From positions 30,042,912-30,106,911 of the forward strand of contig NC_092675.1 in NCBI RefSeq assembly GCF_964355755.1: a DNA stretch of 64,000 nt. The letters are read 5' to 3'. Below are positions 1 through 13,200 of this stretch, in pieces; the stretch's first letter is position 1, and each line of letters opens with the position of its first letter. The translations under genes were made by a program, and so were the position numbers. The stretch comes from Antedon mediterranea (taxonomy: Eukaryota; Animalia; Echinodermata). Below the pieces are notes generated by a model. The model ran no database searches. It saw nothing but the letters and a program-made list of their open reading frames with translations, and was not told the origin of the DNA.

Positions 1-214
1 AAATGTTATGGCTTGGCTAAATTATGAGACAATACCGTTTCAGGAATAATGATAAATACCGATTAAATTTGGAAAGAAAAACTATTTTTACTGCTTCTTG
101 CCGTTCATCATTTTATCATGGCAATTTTTATCCATGCTTACAGTATCAATATTTTTGTAGAGCGGACAAAATAAGTACGAACTACTTTTTTGTCCACGGT
201 ACTACACTCTCTAA

Positions 215-328
215 AGCTCTGTCTACACTATCAAACTTTATGTGATGTACATAATAGACATGATGACGTCATATCACTACCATATTTGGACAGACATTTT
301 TTTTTTGTCAAATTTGATAGTGTAGACA
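215..328. mobile_element. MITE family 1 (PIF/Harbinger-like), partial copy
   Basis: Left TIR AGCTCTGTCTACACTATCAAAC and truncated right end TTTGATAGTGTAGACA; shares the family's internal sequence. Confidence 0.75.
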
Positions 329-553
329 ACATAACTCTAGTTTCATTGATGTACTTTTAAATTAAAAGAATGCACATTCCACTGATGTGTCAGTTAGTGG
401 ACAGTGTAATACTGTGGTTTCCTGAATGGAGGTTAATTCATTTGGAATACAAATCAATTAAACACGCACATGATGCAAGTCATTAAAAAAAAAATACAAA
501 TCTTGATGAAACCAATTTTATAGACAGCGCCACCAATAGAGTAATTCATTATT

Positions 554-566
554 GTTGCTAGGATGC
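554..566 (+). promoter_or_regulatory. RFX X-box-like motif upstream of the EF-hand gene
   Basis: GTTGCTAGGATGC has a perfect GTTGCTAGG half and is one change from GTTGCTAGGATAC. It lies just upstream of the putative first exon of a probable ciliary gene. Confidence 0.5.
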
Positions 567-1112
567 GTAATAACAATCTGAGCGTGAAATAAGTTTTGTT
601 TTGCTGCTGCTGTGTGGTGTTGTTGTTGTGAACAGATTGAAGGCCTATAAGATTAAGAATAAGATTACTAATAATACTGTGTATGCATTGAAAACTAGCT
701 TTAAATATAGTAGGTCTATCTGGTGCACGTTAAAGTGAGTATACTTGTTTTGTAACGTTTATATAGGCCTATATCGCGCATAGTACAGTGATGTGCTCTC
801 CGGCCAGTTTCAGACTGGTTTTGTTGTTGGGACCCACCAACAGCAAACGGGTTGGATTTTCCACATGTTAGTAATAAATTAGGCTTGCGCCTAGCCGGCC
901 CATAGGCGGCTAGGCCTTGGCCCTAGTCTTGTTTATATTTTACATTTCATTTGGTATGAATAATACTAAAATATCGGCCCCTAAAATATATAAATTAAAT
1001 TATTTAATTAAATCCTGTTTTCTTTAAATATAGGCTCCTGAGTCCTATTAATATTATTATACTCATTTTTATTTAGTTTTAACAACACCTTTGTTTTTCA
1101 GAGAAAGGCATC

Positions 1113-4100
1113 ATGCCAATGAAGGACCAGGCAAGTTTAATTGAAGACCGAATAAGAACGGCTGTCCTGTCTAAAAGAGTTCGGGTTTCTGAGTTCTTTA
1201 AAGACTATGATAGGCTACGATCAGGATACGTAACACGTACGTTTATGCAGTAACATTTTGGCAAACAGTTTACTATGATATGATCATCCATTTTCTTTAA
1301 CAGTCATCAATTTTCATTCATGTTGACTTATTTTTGGTTGCAGGAACAAGATTTACAAGATGTTTGGATCAAAGCTTTGGTATCATTTTAGCTCCTGAAG
1401 ATGAGAATTGCTTACTCAGCAAGTATAACGACAAAAATGATGGAATGATAAATTATCATAGCTTTGCAAATAACATTGAACAAGGTACTGTTAACTAATT
1501 GCATCACCATTATGTTTCCATGAATAGTTTTATTTATTTATACAACTTTCAAACATAAAGATACAAAAAGATTCATAAAGTTAAAATTCTCAAACAGATA
1601 AAAATGTACAAAAATAAATAGAAACATTTTAAAATTCATTAAAAAGGAAAACATTATATAAAAGGACATATAGGTACCAAATATTGCTTATATATAATAA
1701 GTATATTATAATGAGCATTTTATCTATTTAATTTTCTTTTGTTATTCAATTCTTTTAGTTTTTAACCCTCAAGCTATGACTACTGATCCAAGGTACCAAA
1801 CAGTTGAGCCTGATGAATAGTAAGTGCTTTTAACTAATTAATAATAAATTCTGCAACTGCTATTTCATCACTTTCTGAAAGATTATGTAAACAAAATGTT
1901 ATATTATAGTGACAAAGTTGCGGTATTGTCTTGAAATTCATTTATAAAGGTGTCAACATTTTCTAAATTGTTTCTTCTTGGAATCGGAGATTTTCAAGTT
2001 TTCATCAAATCCAAATATGATGTTTTAATTAATGTAATGTCACATAAACAACTTATTTTACTATTTACAGCCTTGGTACTACGCGGTCAGTGCGCCCTCT
2101 CAGTCCAGCTTTTCAACACAAGATAAATCGCGTCTTGCAATCTCTGGCTCCGTACTATAAGTATCATGGGATTAATATTCGTACCAGTTTTGAGGATTTT
2201 GATAAGCACAACATAGGCCTTGTCACCGAGAGTCAAGTAAGTATTTATGATAGCATTATTGACACCTAACAAAGTGTGTTACCCAACCAGAATAGGGATG
2301 TACCCTCTGGAGGTTGGTTGTAATGTTTAAATACATATTTTACCTCATTCTTTTCATGAGTTCTAGTTTCCCATGACCTAGAGGATCGTAGATGAGATAC
2401 AGTGCACAAAGTCCTTCCATATAGGTGAATTAGTAGTTGTACTCATCATGATACGATACACAGGCATATGCCATATATTCTAATTGTGCCTATCTCCTCT
2501 CTGGGCCTGGAGCAGGTAGTATTGGATTACAAGATACCAATATCAAAGCCTCCTGACCTGACGTGAGTGTGTCTCCTAAAAAAAATAAGTACAGTAGTAT
2601 AATTTTATCAACATTATTTCTTATATTTAGTTCTACAGAAGCTTTCCACGTCCTCCAGGCTTGGAAGAGAGCAGCCTTGGGTTACTGGCACGACGATACC
2701 TTGACCCAGCCAAGCCTAGCATGTGTAACTACCTTAATCTGCATCATGACTTAGAGAAGGTTCAAGATCAAACTGAAGACACCTTGTTTGGTTCTGCTCC
2801 TCCTACTTCCTATAACATACCAAGAGAGGTAATAAAGAAAATACTTAAAGATGTCCCCTAAAATGATAATTTTTTTATCATATAAAAAACTGTAATTTAA
2901 AGCAAAAAATGGTCAAATTGGCTGCCAGCGTATGGGTTTTTGGTTGAATTTGACCATTTATGTTGTCATTTTATATGAGAAGGTATTTTATGAAAGGCAT
3001 TAACTTTATTATTCAGGAGATGCAAGATGGAACCACACAACAGATCTTTAACAAAATCCAAGTTGCCGTGCATAAGAACGGTGTACGTACCACTGAATTT
3101 TTTAAAGACCACGACAAATTGCGTAGTGGAGTGATCACAGAGAACCAGTTCACGTGTGGTCTGATGTTGTGCATTGGTAAAGAAGCACACCTTACAAAAG
3201 GAGAAGTGCAACATCTTGTTAACTTCTATAAGACTGATGATGGAAGGGTTCGTTACAAGGATTTTTGTGATTTAATGGAAAATGGTGAGTTTTATTTTAA
3301 AGATGTACTGTCCCCTAAACGTGAAAATTAAGGATTTATGAAATCAAACTATTTCTAATAAAGTTATTCACTTCAGACAAAAATAGATATTTCACTTCAA
3401 ATTTTACAATTTTTGTCAGACAGCTGTTGTTTTTTTTTTCCTAAAATGTCATATTTTGCTATAATTTTACTTTTTGTTATTAATTAAAATTCTGACTATT
3501 TATTTCAAAGCATTTAATGAACCACATCTTGAAAAGAAACCGGAATTTGAGGTCGTTCGTCCACCGCTAGGAGCCCTCTCTCGAACCTTGAACCCATTGT
3601 CTGAACGAGAAGAAGAACGTATACAAGTGGTGCTTAAGGCTTTGTCGGAAGATGTTAAGCAACGACGATTGATGATGATTCCATACTTTAAAGATTTTGA
3701 CAGAGTAAGTGCTAAGATCAAACTTACTGACTAAAAGAATATTGAAAGCTCTGTCTACACTATCAAATTTTATGTGACAAAAAATGTGATGTACCCATAT
3801 ATGAACATGATGATGTCATATCATACCATATTTGGGAATATCACTACCATATTTGAGCACATCACACTTTTTTTGTCAAATTAGTTTGATAGTGTAGACA
3901 GAGCTTTACTGACTAAAAGAATATTAAGTAAAACAAATTCATTGAGTTTGTGGAAAATCTGGTTTTAGAGAGTTTACTGAAATTACCAAAAAATCAATAA
4001 ATAAATCACACAAAGTTGTTACCACTTGTTAAATGTCACTTTCTAATATTGATGTTCTTTCTTTTCAGAGTAAAGCTTACACACGCAATGTTACTAAACA

Positions 4101-7100
4101 GCAGTTTGGCCGTATTCTTCATTTCCTATCATTGAATGTTGAACCGGAAGACTTGAATCTGTTGTGTAGAAAGTTTGAGGTTCCATTAAGTGGCGATATT
4201 AATTATCCTGCATTTGTTCAAAGTGTTGATAATGGTAAATTTATTTGTAATTCTTTTATAACATCATCTTTATTTATCGTTTCCGAAATGTATTTTTTTG
4301 TCTTGTTCTGTTGAAAAGTATTTTTTATTAGTTAACAATACAAATTGAGAATTATCTTTGATTCATTTGTCTACAACTCCACAAACACTTAAGCTAAACT
4401 TAATTAACACTTTTTTTTATAGATGTATAATATATTATATATAATACTACATAATATTAAAAACTTGTAACATGTGCACGACCCCAGGGAAAGAATAACC
4501 ATGAGCTTATTTGGGCCTCAGTGAATTTATCGGATTGGGTAGAAGTAACTATTAGTTTGTTCTTATTGTTTAGAATTTATTGGTTTCACAATGGAATCAG
4601 GTGATAAGCAGAGAGTGGAGGATGCGAGTGTGCTGTACACTGACATACCTGTAGACTCTAGCAATGTTGACATAGAGCATCTCAAAGCATCCATACGGCA
4701 TTTTGTACTTACTAACAGAATCAGGGTGAGAACAATGTCATCGGGTTCTGTGGATGACGGTTTTACTATTTTGGTGATAATGATATGGTGATGATGTGGT
4801 GATGATATGGTGATGATGTGGTGATGATATGGTGATGATGTGGTGATGATGTGATGATGATGTGGTGATGATATGGTGATGATGTGGTGATGATGTGGTG
4901 ATGATATGGTGATGATGTGGTGATGATGTGGTGATGATGTGGTGATGATGTGGTGATGATGTGATGATGATATGGTGATGATATGGTGATGATGTGGTGA
5001 TAATAATGTTGTGATGATAATGTTGTGATGATAATGTGGATGTATTCTTTACTAAAATTGGAATACTGAACATAGTAAAACTTCATTACTCCTTTCAGGC
5101 AATTTAATTTAATGTGGGAAAGATAGCTATGTTCAAATTTTCCATATTTTTTATATTTAGATAGTCTGCTTTTTTTGCCAGTTTTAGACAATTGATGGTG
5201 TACTGTATGTGGTGATGATCAAAATGTATTGATCAAGTTATAATAATATGTAAGAGCAAGGTGATCAACTTAATATTTTTTGTTTTGTTTGAAGGTTTGT
5301 GAATACTTTCAAGATTTTGATTCACTGCGTGGACATTCAATCCCTCGTAGCCAGTTCATCATGGGTTTGACTTCACTAGGAATGGAAGATATCACAAAAC
5401 CTGAATGTAAAGCTCTCTGTGATCACTATGCTAACCCCAAAAAGACCGACCAGGTCCTCTGGAAGTTGTTTGAAAAAGATATTGAAACTGGTAAGAAGAC
5501 TTTTAAATCATTTAAAAATGTTCAATCCTCAGAAAAAATGTGAAATCAGATCGGCTGAGGTGATTTGAGCCATTAAATTTTGTTCTTAGAAGTACATATT
5601 TTTGTTTACAGCTTTTACTCAAGTTCTTCCAAATTTGGAGAAAACGCCAACAAGCCATGTTCCTCCACATTCAGTTTACCTCATGAAGAAGCCTGGAACA
5701 ATGGATTGGTCAACAGCTGATCTCGGACAAGTAAAACTTGTTGATGAAGCAATGGAAAGGATGCAACAACGAGCCAATCAACGTAGAGTTCTCACAAAAC
5801 CGTGCTTCCAAGACTTTGACCCTCACAACCTTGGAATCGTTACCAACTCTCAGTTCCGCCAGTGTTTGACGTATCTTGGTCTGACGGCTTCCGAGTTTGA
5901 AATGTCTGCCTTGGAGAGCAAATATTCCAACAACATGGGATTTAATTATGTCAGATTCCTTGAGGACTTACAGCCTTCCCAAAAGCCTGAGCTGAAATAC
6001 ACAGAAAGATTAGAGGTACTTCGCAAGGTCAATTCCAATACAAGTTCACTCGAGCAAAATCCTTTGACGGACTTCGAAAGCATTATGACTAAAATTAAGA
6101 CCAAGGTAAACTATTAACAATTTACTTAACCAATAAATAAGAATTGATTTTATAATTTAATTATATAATCATGGTTATTCAAAGAAATTCTGTATAACCA
6201 TACCACACCAAGAATTTTAATTTTTTTAGTTACAAGACCAAGGTAGATTATTAAAAATTTACAAAACCAATAAATATTAAGAAATGATTTTCTAAAAATT
6301 GACTTCATATAATCATGGAGGTTTTACTAGTTTTATAGTTCCATGATATAATCATGGTTGTTCAAAAAAATCCTAATAATATTTGTTAGATGGTTCTTTT
6401 TTTTCCATTATATTTATTTAAGACAAGCGAAGATATGAGCACTGTAAATTCCATTATATTTGATAATAAAAGGAATCTGTATACCGTACCAGAACAAGAA
6501 TGTTAATTAAGTTGCGTATCACAAATTTATCAAAAATATCAAATATCCTTTGTCTTATGTTTCAATGAAAGGTTTCTATCTTTGTACTTGTGCAGGTTAG
6601 TAAACAACGTATACGAGTTCTTGAATTCATGCGAGATTATGACAAGCTAAGAACAGGCAGAATGCTCAAGACTTTGTTTCAACGTGCTTTAGATCTAGCC
6701 AACCTTGGACTGCTGCCCACTGAAGTTGATGTCCTAGCAACTGTGTAAGTATATTGAAAATAAATATTCTCATGGTTCCATATTTAACAAAATGTTAAAC
6801 TGGTATATATGAATATTTATTGTTTGATTCCAACAGTGGAGAGATTCACTATATGACAACAAATAATTCTTGGTCCTCTCTCCATGATGGTTGTCACATA
6901 ATGCTTTGTATTTCTTTTTTTTTTATTGTATGTATATGTTTCAGGTTGTCTGAAAAAGTTGAATGAATGAATATTGGGAATTTGCCCTACAAATTAAATT
7001 TAATAATAACAAAACTGATTCTGTCATTATTTTGTAAAATTTCTAAAATATGTCCTTGTTTCTGGTACATCTTCTTGTAAAAATCACTTGGTTAAAAAAA

Positions 7101-8094
7101 ATAATATTTCACTTGTCCTTACACAACTATTTTTCTTTTAAGTTATCAACTTTTAACATGGAATATGATAGTTATGAGTAATACATATTGTAAAGGTGAA
7201 TTTTTACAATCTTTTTTTTTTCTATTTCTAGATATGAGTGTCCAACGAATCCTGATTGTGTACAGTACCTTTTGTTCTCCGATGAGATTGAAAGTATATT
7301 CACATTGAAGAATCTTGAAAAAGCACCAGAAGTGACACCAACACAGTTCATCCCACCGGTGGAAGTAGACCAAAACATCTTGTCACCCGAAGCTGAAGCA
7401 ATGTTGATGCGAACTATGAGGAGATTGGCAGAAAAGGTGAGATGATGAGCACTTCTAAATGGAATAAATGTTGTGTTTAGATGGATAGAAATAACCAATT
7501 AGTTTAATTAAGTTAATCTCCAATGATGTTAAATATCCATATTTATCTTTTTATTTAATATGTTTTTATAGTTATGTAGTTAATGGTGGTATTCTTTGAT
7601 ATTTTTGTATAATAACAGAACTTTTCTTTTGTAATTTTAATGTATTTATTAAAGGAAATTGATAAATCCCTCTTCTTAATGTGTTTTAGAAGAAGTCAAC
7701 AATTCTCTGCTAAAAGATGTTTCTATTTTTAAAAATTATATTTGGCCAACTATTGCGAGTGTAGTACTAGTACACTGTATTGTTGAAAATGAGTTGATTT
7801 GTTTATGTTTTAATAGCATGTGTATATTTGTTTATCTTTAAGGTTCGACAACGGCGTATTCAACTATTTCCATTGTTTGAAGACTATGACCGCGTTCACA
7901 ATGGCACAGTTTCAGGATCTCAACTTATTCGTGTACTCAGTGAACTTGACTTAGGATCCTTAGTGAACAACAGCGAATTATGCAGCTTGTGCGAGAAATT
8001 TAACGTAAAAGTTGGCGGGAAACATGATGTTGATTATATCGCCTTCTGCAATATGATTTACCAGTTAGCCAAATTTGAAGTTGGGAAACCGTAA
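1113..8094 (+). CDS. EF-hand repeat protein, FAP115/EFCAB6-like (probable ciliary microtubule-associated protein), ~921 aa, 14 coding exons
   Basis: Exons: 1113-1236, 1344-1484, 1759-1819, 2071-2236, 2631-2828, 3017-3284, 3511-3704, 4069-4234, 4574-4725, 5295-5490, 5612-6105, 6596-6744, 7232-7436, 7843-8094. All introns are GT-AG and the sum of 2766 nt stays in frame. Eight degenerate EF-hand-like loops: FKDYDRLRSG, FEDFDKHNIG, FKDHDKLRSG, FKDFDRSKAY, FQDFDSLRGH, FQDFDPHNLG, MRDYDKLRTG, FEDYDRVHNG. AATAAA at 8136. A probable non-coding exon ends at the gtgagt donor at 735. The family name comes from recalled architecture, not a search. Confidence 0.85.
3747..3905. mobile_element. MITE family 1, full copy in an intron
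   Basis: TIRs AGCTCTGTCTACACTATCAAA...TTTGATAGTGTAGACAGAGCT. Confidence 0.85.
4773..5040. repeat. (TGATGATGTGG)n-type microsatellite in an intron
   Basis: Direct ~11-bp repeats; the source of the spurious His-rich antisense ORFs. Confidence 0.95.
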
Positions 8095-10567
8095 TTGACT
8101 TTTTTCACATTGAAGGAATAACTAAGTTGTCAAACAATAAATTTGAATGGCTTTCATGTGTATGTACATTGAGTGGTAATGTTTTATTTTCAGGCGCTGT
8201 GTAAATAAAAAGATTTCATTAATTGATAAGTATAATATTTAAAAAGTTAGTTTAGAACTGTAATCACTAGATGAATATGGAAGATAGTGTTATAACTTCT
8301 GCAAACATGTTTCCATCAATTTGAGAGCAAGAAACAATTCAAGAAACAGAATCGATAAAATGAAGATGATTATACAAAATATTTTATTTTTTATACAAAA
8401 TATATTTGATTTTGAAAGAATGAACAAATTAATGTAACACGCTGTGAGTAGCTAGTTTATTTCTAATGTGTAGAGGGCGCTTTAAATACTACTGTCTTTC
8501 TTCTTTGTCTTTCTTCCATTAATGAACGATTATTAAACATTAATCAAAATGCAAAATGCTTTCCACCAATAACAATGTATTGTTTTTATTTTATTGTAAT
8601 TAAATGCATCTTAGACAGGTATTATAATTATATTCAGTCAAATATTTAGGAAAAAATATGTTCACATAATAATACTTAAATGAGGTATTTTTATACAACT
8701 AGAGACGAGGTAGAAGTGATGCCAACAGCAGGCCAGGAACTCTGCAAATTAGCTGCCGTAGGATAATTCAGAATATAATGAAGAACATAAAAAGCATTTA
8801 TAAAATCAATTATAATCCTGATAAAAATTATATGATCTCTGATGATGATGATATATGATCTCTGATGATGAAGATGATGATTATATATATATGATCTCTG
8901 ATATATGATCTCTGATGATGAAGATGATGATTATAATCTTGGTTTCATCTAAAGACAAAGGTTAAAAAGTATCTGATTTGAATGAGTTAATTATTGATGT
9001 AATTAAGCGGAATCAGTTAAACATACCTCCATGGTTAACCAAGGCCATAATTAACTTGGTTAAACCATAGAGATATTGTTCACTATAATATCTCTATGGT
9101 TAAACCACAGAAACTATCGGTTAATTTTTGCTACAGAAACGCTAGGTATATTTTTATTTATTAGTATCCATAAAAAATAAATAGTATGTATTTTTTAGAT
9201 TCAATAAATCAAATCAATGTGCGGAGCAAAGTGTTATTCGTGCGCGCCAGCGGTTGGCTCAGCAGCCGCGCCGCCGATAGCTACAGTGTGTGCGCGCCGG
9301 CCTTTGTACGTTGCGAAGAAGTAACGGTATTCCCAACACTTATTGGCCCATTTTGTTTACATGTGTTTGGTGATTCTTCTGTATAAAACTAAATGTTTTG
9401 TGTGAATAAAGCAACAAAAAAATTATAATTATCCGGCTTGCCACAAGAGATTCAGTTTAAAGTGCACGGTAGGTAGACCTAGTCTAGGCTTATAATTAAT
9501 TTGTATAAGGGCCTAAAACTGTATAGAAATTATTAATTTTTTGTGAAAGAAAAATGTGTTCAAGATATTATTGTTATTGTCCCGGTCATTTGATACTTTT
9601 CGTTCCAAAGAAAAGAAGGATAGGCCTAGGCTAAGCCTACGTGAATCTAGTCTTTAATTAAATAATAATTTACTTGGAAAACTAAACACTTTGGAAATAA
9701 TGGCACGTATAGGCCTAGGCTACGCTTCTAGATACGAGAGGCGCGTCCACCAGAGTAATTCTTAAGTTTAACGGCCTATGCCTAGGGCCTATTTACATGC
9801 CATTTTAATGTAACATAATGAGTTATCCACTTTGACCAAAATCGAAGATTGGCTTCCATTCAATAATGGGTTTTTTTAATTGAATTTTAACCATGGTTAT
9901 TTTATAAGTGAATTAGTGAAGTGAAGCCTAATTGATCAAATTCAATTTCGGTATATAGGCCTAGGATAGGCTAATAATTTATTCGGAAAACGCTTTTTGA
10001 ACAGCGGCACACATAATAATGGTGCATCCTTAAAACAATTAAACATACAATATAAAAAAATATGAGTATAAAAAATAAAGGTAGACTAGATTAAAAGGAT
10101 TATAATATTCTGATAAAACGGAAGTTCGATAAAACCAAGTTCAAAATAAACTGTAATACTAATACCAATTAAATGCAACCCACATACATAACCTTGGACA
10201 CTAAATTAGCATATCAATTAGTGTATGAACAAAGGGATATACAGTAGGCCTACTTAGAATCTATGTTAATATATACACACTCTTGATACACAGTGTCTAC
10301 CAGCAAAAAAAAATAAATAAGGAACAATAGGAACCCAACTTAGGGACATCAATATAAACAGGAAAGCATAGATTAGGTTAATTCAGCTGTAGAGAATTAT
10401 TCGATGACTGTAAACAGAATTGATAAAAATACAGTATCTCCCTCTATGTCAAAGAATAGTTCTGTTTTGTTTGCGAACGGCGGCCAAAAAAGCAGGCAAC
10501 CAAAATAATAATAAAACGACAATACAACGGTGTAGGATCGATCGGAGAAAGCGATGAATTTTAATTT

Positions 10568-10999
10568 AAATGACGATATTAAACTGGCGGCCGCCAACTA
10601 AAGCGTCCGCTTCGACCATGATTGACGAGCCTTTATCCAGGGAGATGTGTACCCTGCTTTATCTCTGTGGTAACATACCAACGTTGGAACAAAACCTCTT
10701 TGTCCAAATCTCCAGTAATCCTAGCAATAGCAGCCTTAAACAATACGACTTACCGTTCCCGCCAAAGTCATCATTAATTAATGAATAATATCAAATGATG
10801 ACTTTGGCGGGAACGGTAAGTCGTATTGTTTAAGGCTGCTATTGCTAGGATTACTGGAGATTTGGACAGAGGTTTTGTTCCAACGTTGGTATGTTACCAC
10901 AGAGATAAAGCAGGGTACACATCTCCCTGGATAAAGGCTCGTCAATCATGGTCGAAGCGGCCGCTTTAGTTGGCGGCCGCCAGTTTAATATCGTCATTT
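10568..10999. repeat. Long near-perfect inverted repeat (arms 10568-10775 and 10794-10999, 18-nt AT-rich spacer)
   Basis: The arms are reverse complements apart from one substitution (gcgtccgc/gcggccgc) and a 2-nt indel (ctctttgtcc/ctctgtcc). The ORF track shows the same peptide on both strands. Confidence 0.95.
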
Positions 11000-11375
11000 G
11001 TATTGAACGCCACGTGCGCTTTAATCTTTGATTGTCGTTGTCAACGCCATGGCCTATGGCGAGTTGAGTTACAGCTGCTGTATGTATGGTCAAATGGTCA
11101 AACCAATAAATATAAGCCAAATCATGTACTATCGAATCTTTATATTTCTATAATAATTAAGCTTGCCTGCCGATAAATCAATGTATATTTTTTATTTGTA
11201 TTTTAATATTAACTAACTAAATATATTTACATATAGGCCTACTATCGAATCATTAATAATTTACGATTGCATCATAATCTACATCCATACTATTGAACCT
11301 TTATGTCTCATCATTTACGTACTATTTATTTGTTTACTTATATCTCTTGACCCGACGTTTCTTGAGCACTCTCCA

Positions 11376-12115
11376 ATCGAATCTTTATACAGTATTGCAT
11401 TAATAATTTACGTACGGTATTGCCGAATATTTATATCATTTACATCTATCGAATCTTCATACAGTATTGCAATAATAATTTACGTACGGTATTGCCGAAT
11501 CTTTATATCTCATTTACATACTATCGAATCTTTTTACAGTATTGCAATAATAATTTACGTACGGTATTGCCGAATATTTATATCTCATTTACATATTATC
11601 GAATCCTTAATACAGTATTGCATTAATAATTTACGTACGGTATTGCTGAATCCTTATATCTCATAGAATCTTTTTACAGTATTGCAATAATAATTTACGT
11701 ACGGTATTGCCGAATCTTTATATCTCATTTACATACATCGAATCTTTATACAGTATTGCATTAATAATTTACGTACAGTATTGCCGAATTTTTATATCTC
11801 ATTTACATCGAATCTTTATACAGTATTGCAATAATAATTTACGTACGGTATTGTCGAATCTTTATATCTCATTTAGGCTACATCGAATCTTTATACAGTA
11901 TTGCAATAATAATTTACGTACGGTATTGCCGAATCTTTATATCTCATTTACATCGAATCTTTATACAGTATTGCAATAATAATTTACGTACGGTATTGCC
12001 GAATCTTTATATCTCATTTACATCGAATCTTTATACAGTATTGCAATAATAAAGTTACGTACGGTAGGCCTATTGCCGAATTTTTATATCTCGTTTACAC
12101 TGTACTATCGAATCT
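11376..12115. repeat. Tandem array, ~70-bp unit, about 10 copies
   Basis: Unit atcgaatctttatacagtattgcaataataatttacgtacggtattgccgaatctttatatctcatttac; 70-bp spacing between 11951 and 12021. Confidence 0.95.
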
Positions 12116-12567
12116 TGTTTTTATTGAATAGTAATAGGGTGTGTTATACATTTAAGTGTTATTCCATTGTAATACATTGTTTGTGTTTTCAATAAAGCAA
12201 CGCCTGAAGACGAAAACGCGACCTTCTACAGCACTATTCCTGGCCGGCCGCCAGTCGAGTTATTAGCAGAAATTCGCGTAATTAATTACCGTACCGTACA
12301 GAGAGACACTTACAGTACTTGTCCCCCAGCCATTGTTGCTCGCTTCGCTCGCACCCCCCCCCCCCCATTATAAATGCTGCATATAACGGGCCTGCTTGCA
12401 TCTTATTTTATTATTTAAAACGCATCAATATTTATATATCTGAAGGTATAAAATAATTTAGGATATTAAATAAATAAATTGAGGTCATCATGTTATTGTA
12501 ATTAAATTATGTTTGCGAACACGTACTACTTACAGTAGTTACTTTACAATAACAAATATATATATTT

Positions 12568-13200
12568 TCATAGTCATAGTCATAGTCATATATACTTTAT
12601 TGTCCATTTAAAAAACAGAAATGTGATTTGAAAACTGGCAAAATACAAAAATATAAAATACAATTTACAAAAACACACACAAAAAGTTAAGAGGCTAAAA
12701 ATTGTTAAAATTAGATAAAAATTATCGGTTACATTTTACCTTTGTACTCTGGAGTTATATAAGTGTATAGCATTAGGTACAAACGAGCACCTAAACCGTT
12801 TTGTTTTGGTATTAAGTGCACGTAGTCTTATGCCAGAATTCATGAGAGCAAATTGTTTGTGAAGAGGATGTGTTTCATCATCAATGATACTTTTTACTTT
12901 TTTTAACACATTTTCTTTATACAAGGATTCAACATCAGGTAAGTGCTCTCCTACTAGTCTAATTGCTCTATTTCCTATTCGATTAAGTTTAATTTTATCT
13001 TTTTGCATTGTATTCCCATAAAAACAAACATTACAAAAAAGTATTACACTGAGAATTACAGAGTTATAAAACAATTTAAGTATAGTTTTGTCAATTTGTA
13101 GGTAGGCCTACTTCATTTTTCTTAAAATAAACATCCTTTGGTTGGCTTTGCATGTGGCTTTATTTACATTATTTATCCAATTTAGCTTATTGTCAATTAA
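12568..13200 (-). mobile_element. 5'-truncated non-LTR retrotransposon 3' end (Rex1/Babar-L2-like, DUF1891-type C-terminus)
   Basis: ORF 13074-12736 reads FYNSVILSVILF...IIDDETHPLHKQFALMNSGIRLRALNTKTKRFRCSFVPNAIHLYN. On the minus strand the 3' end is ggacaataaagtat followed by an (atgact)n tail. Confidence 0.8.

Noticed and set aside
4738-5191. His-rich minus-strand ORFs
   Set aside because: Translation of an intronic microsatellite.
10570-11176. Duplicated peptide MTILNWRPPTKA... on both strands
   Set aside because: A by-product of the DNA palindrome; no domain or splice support.
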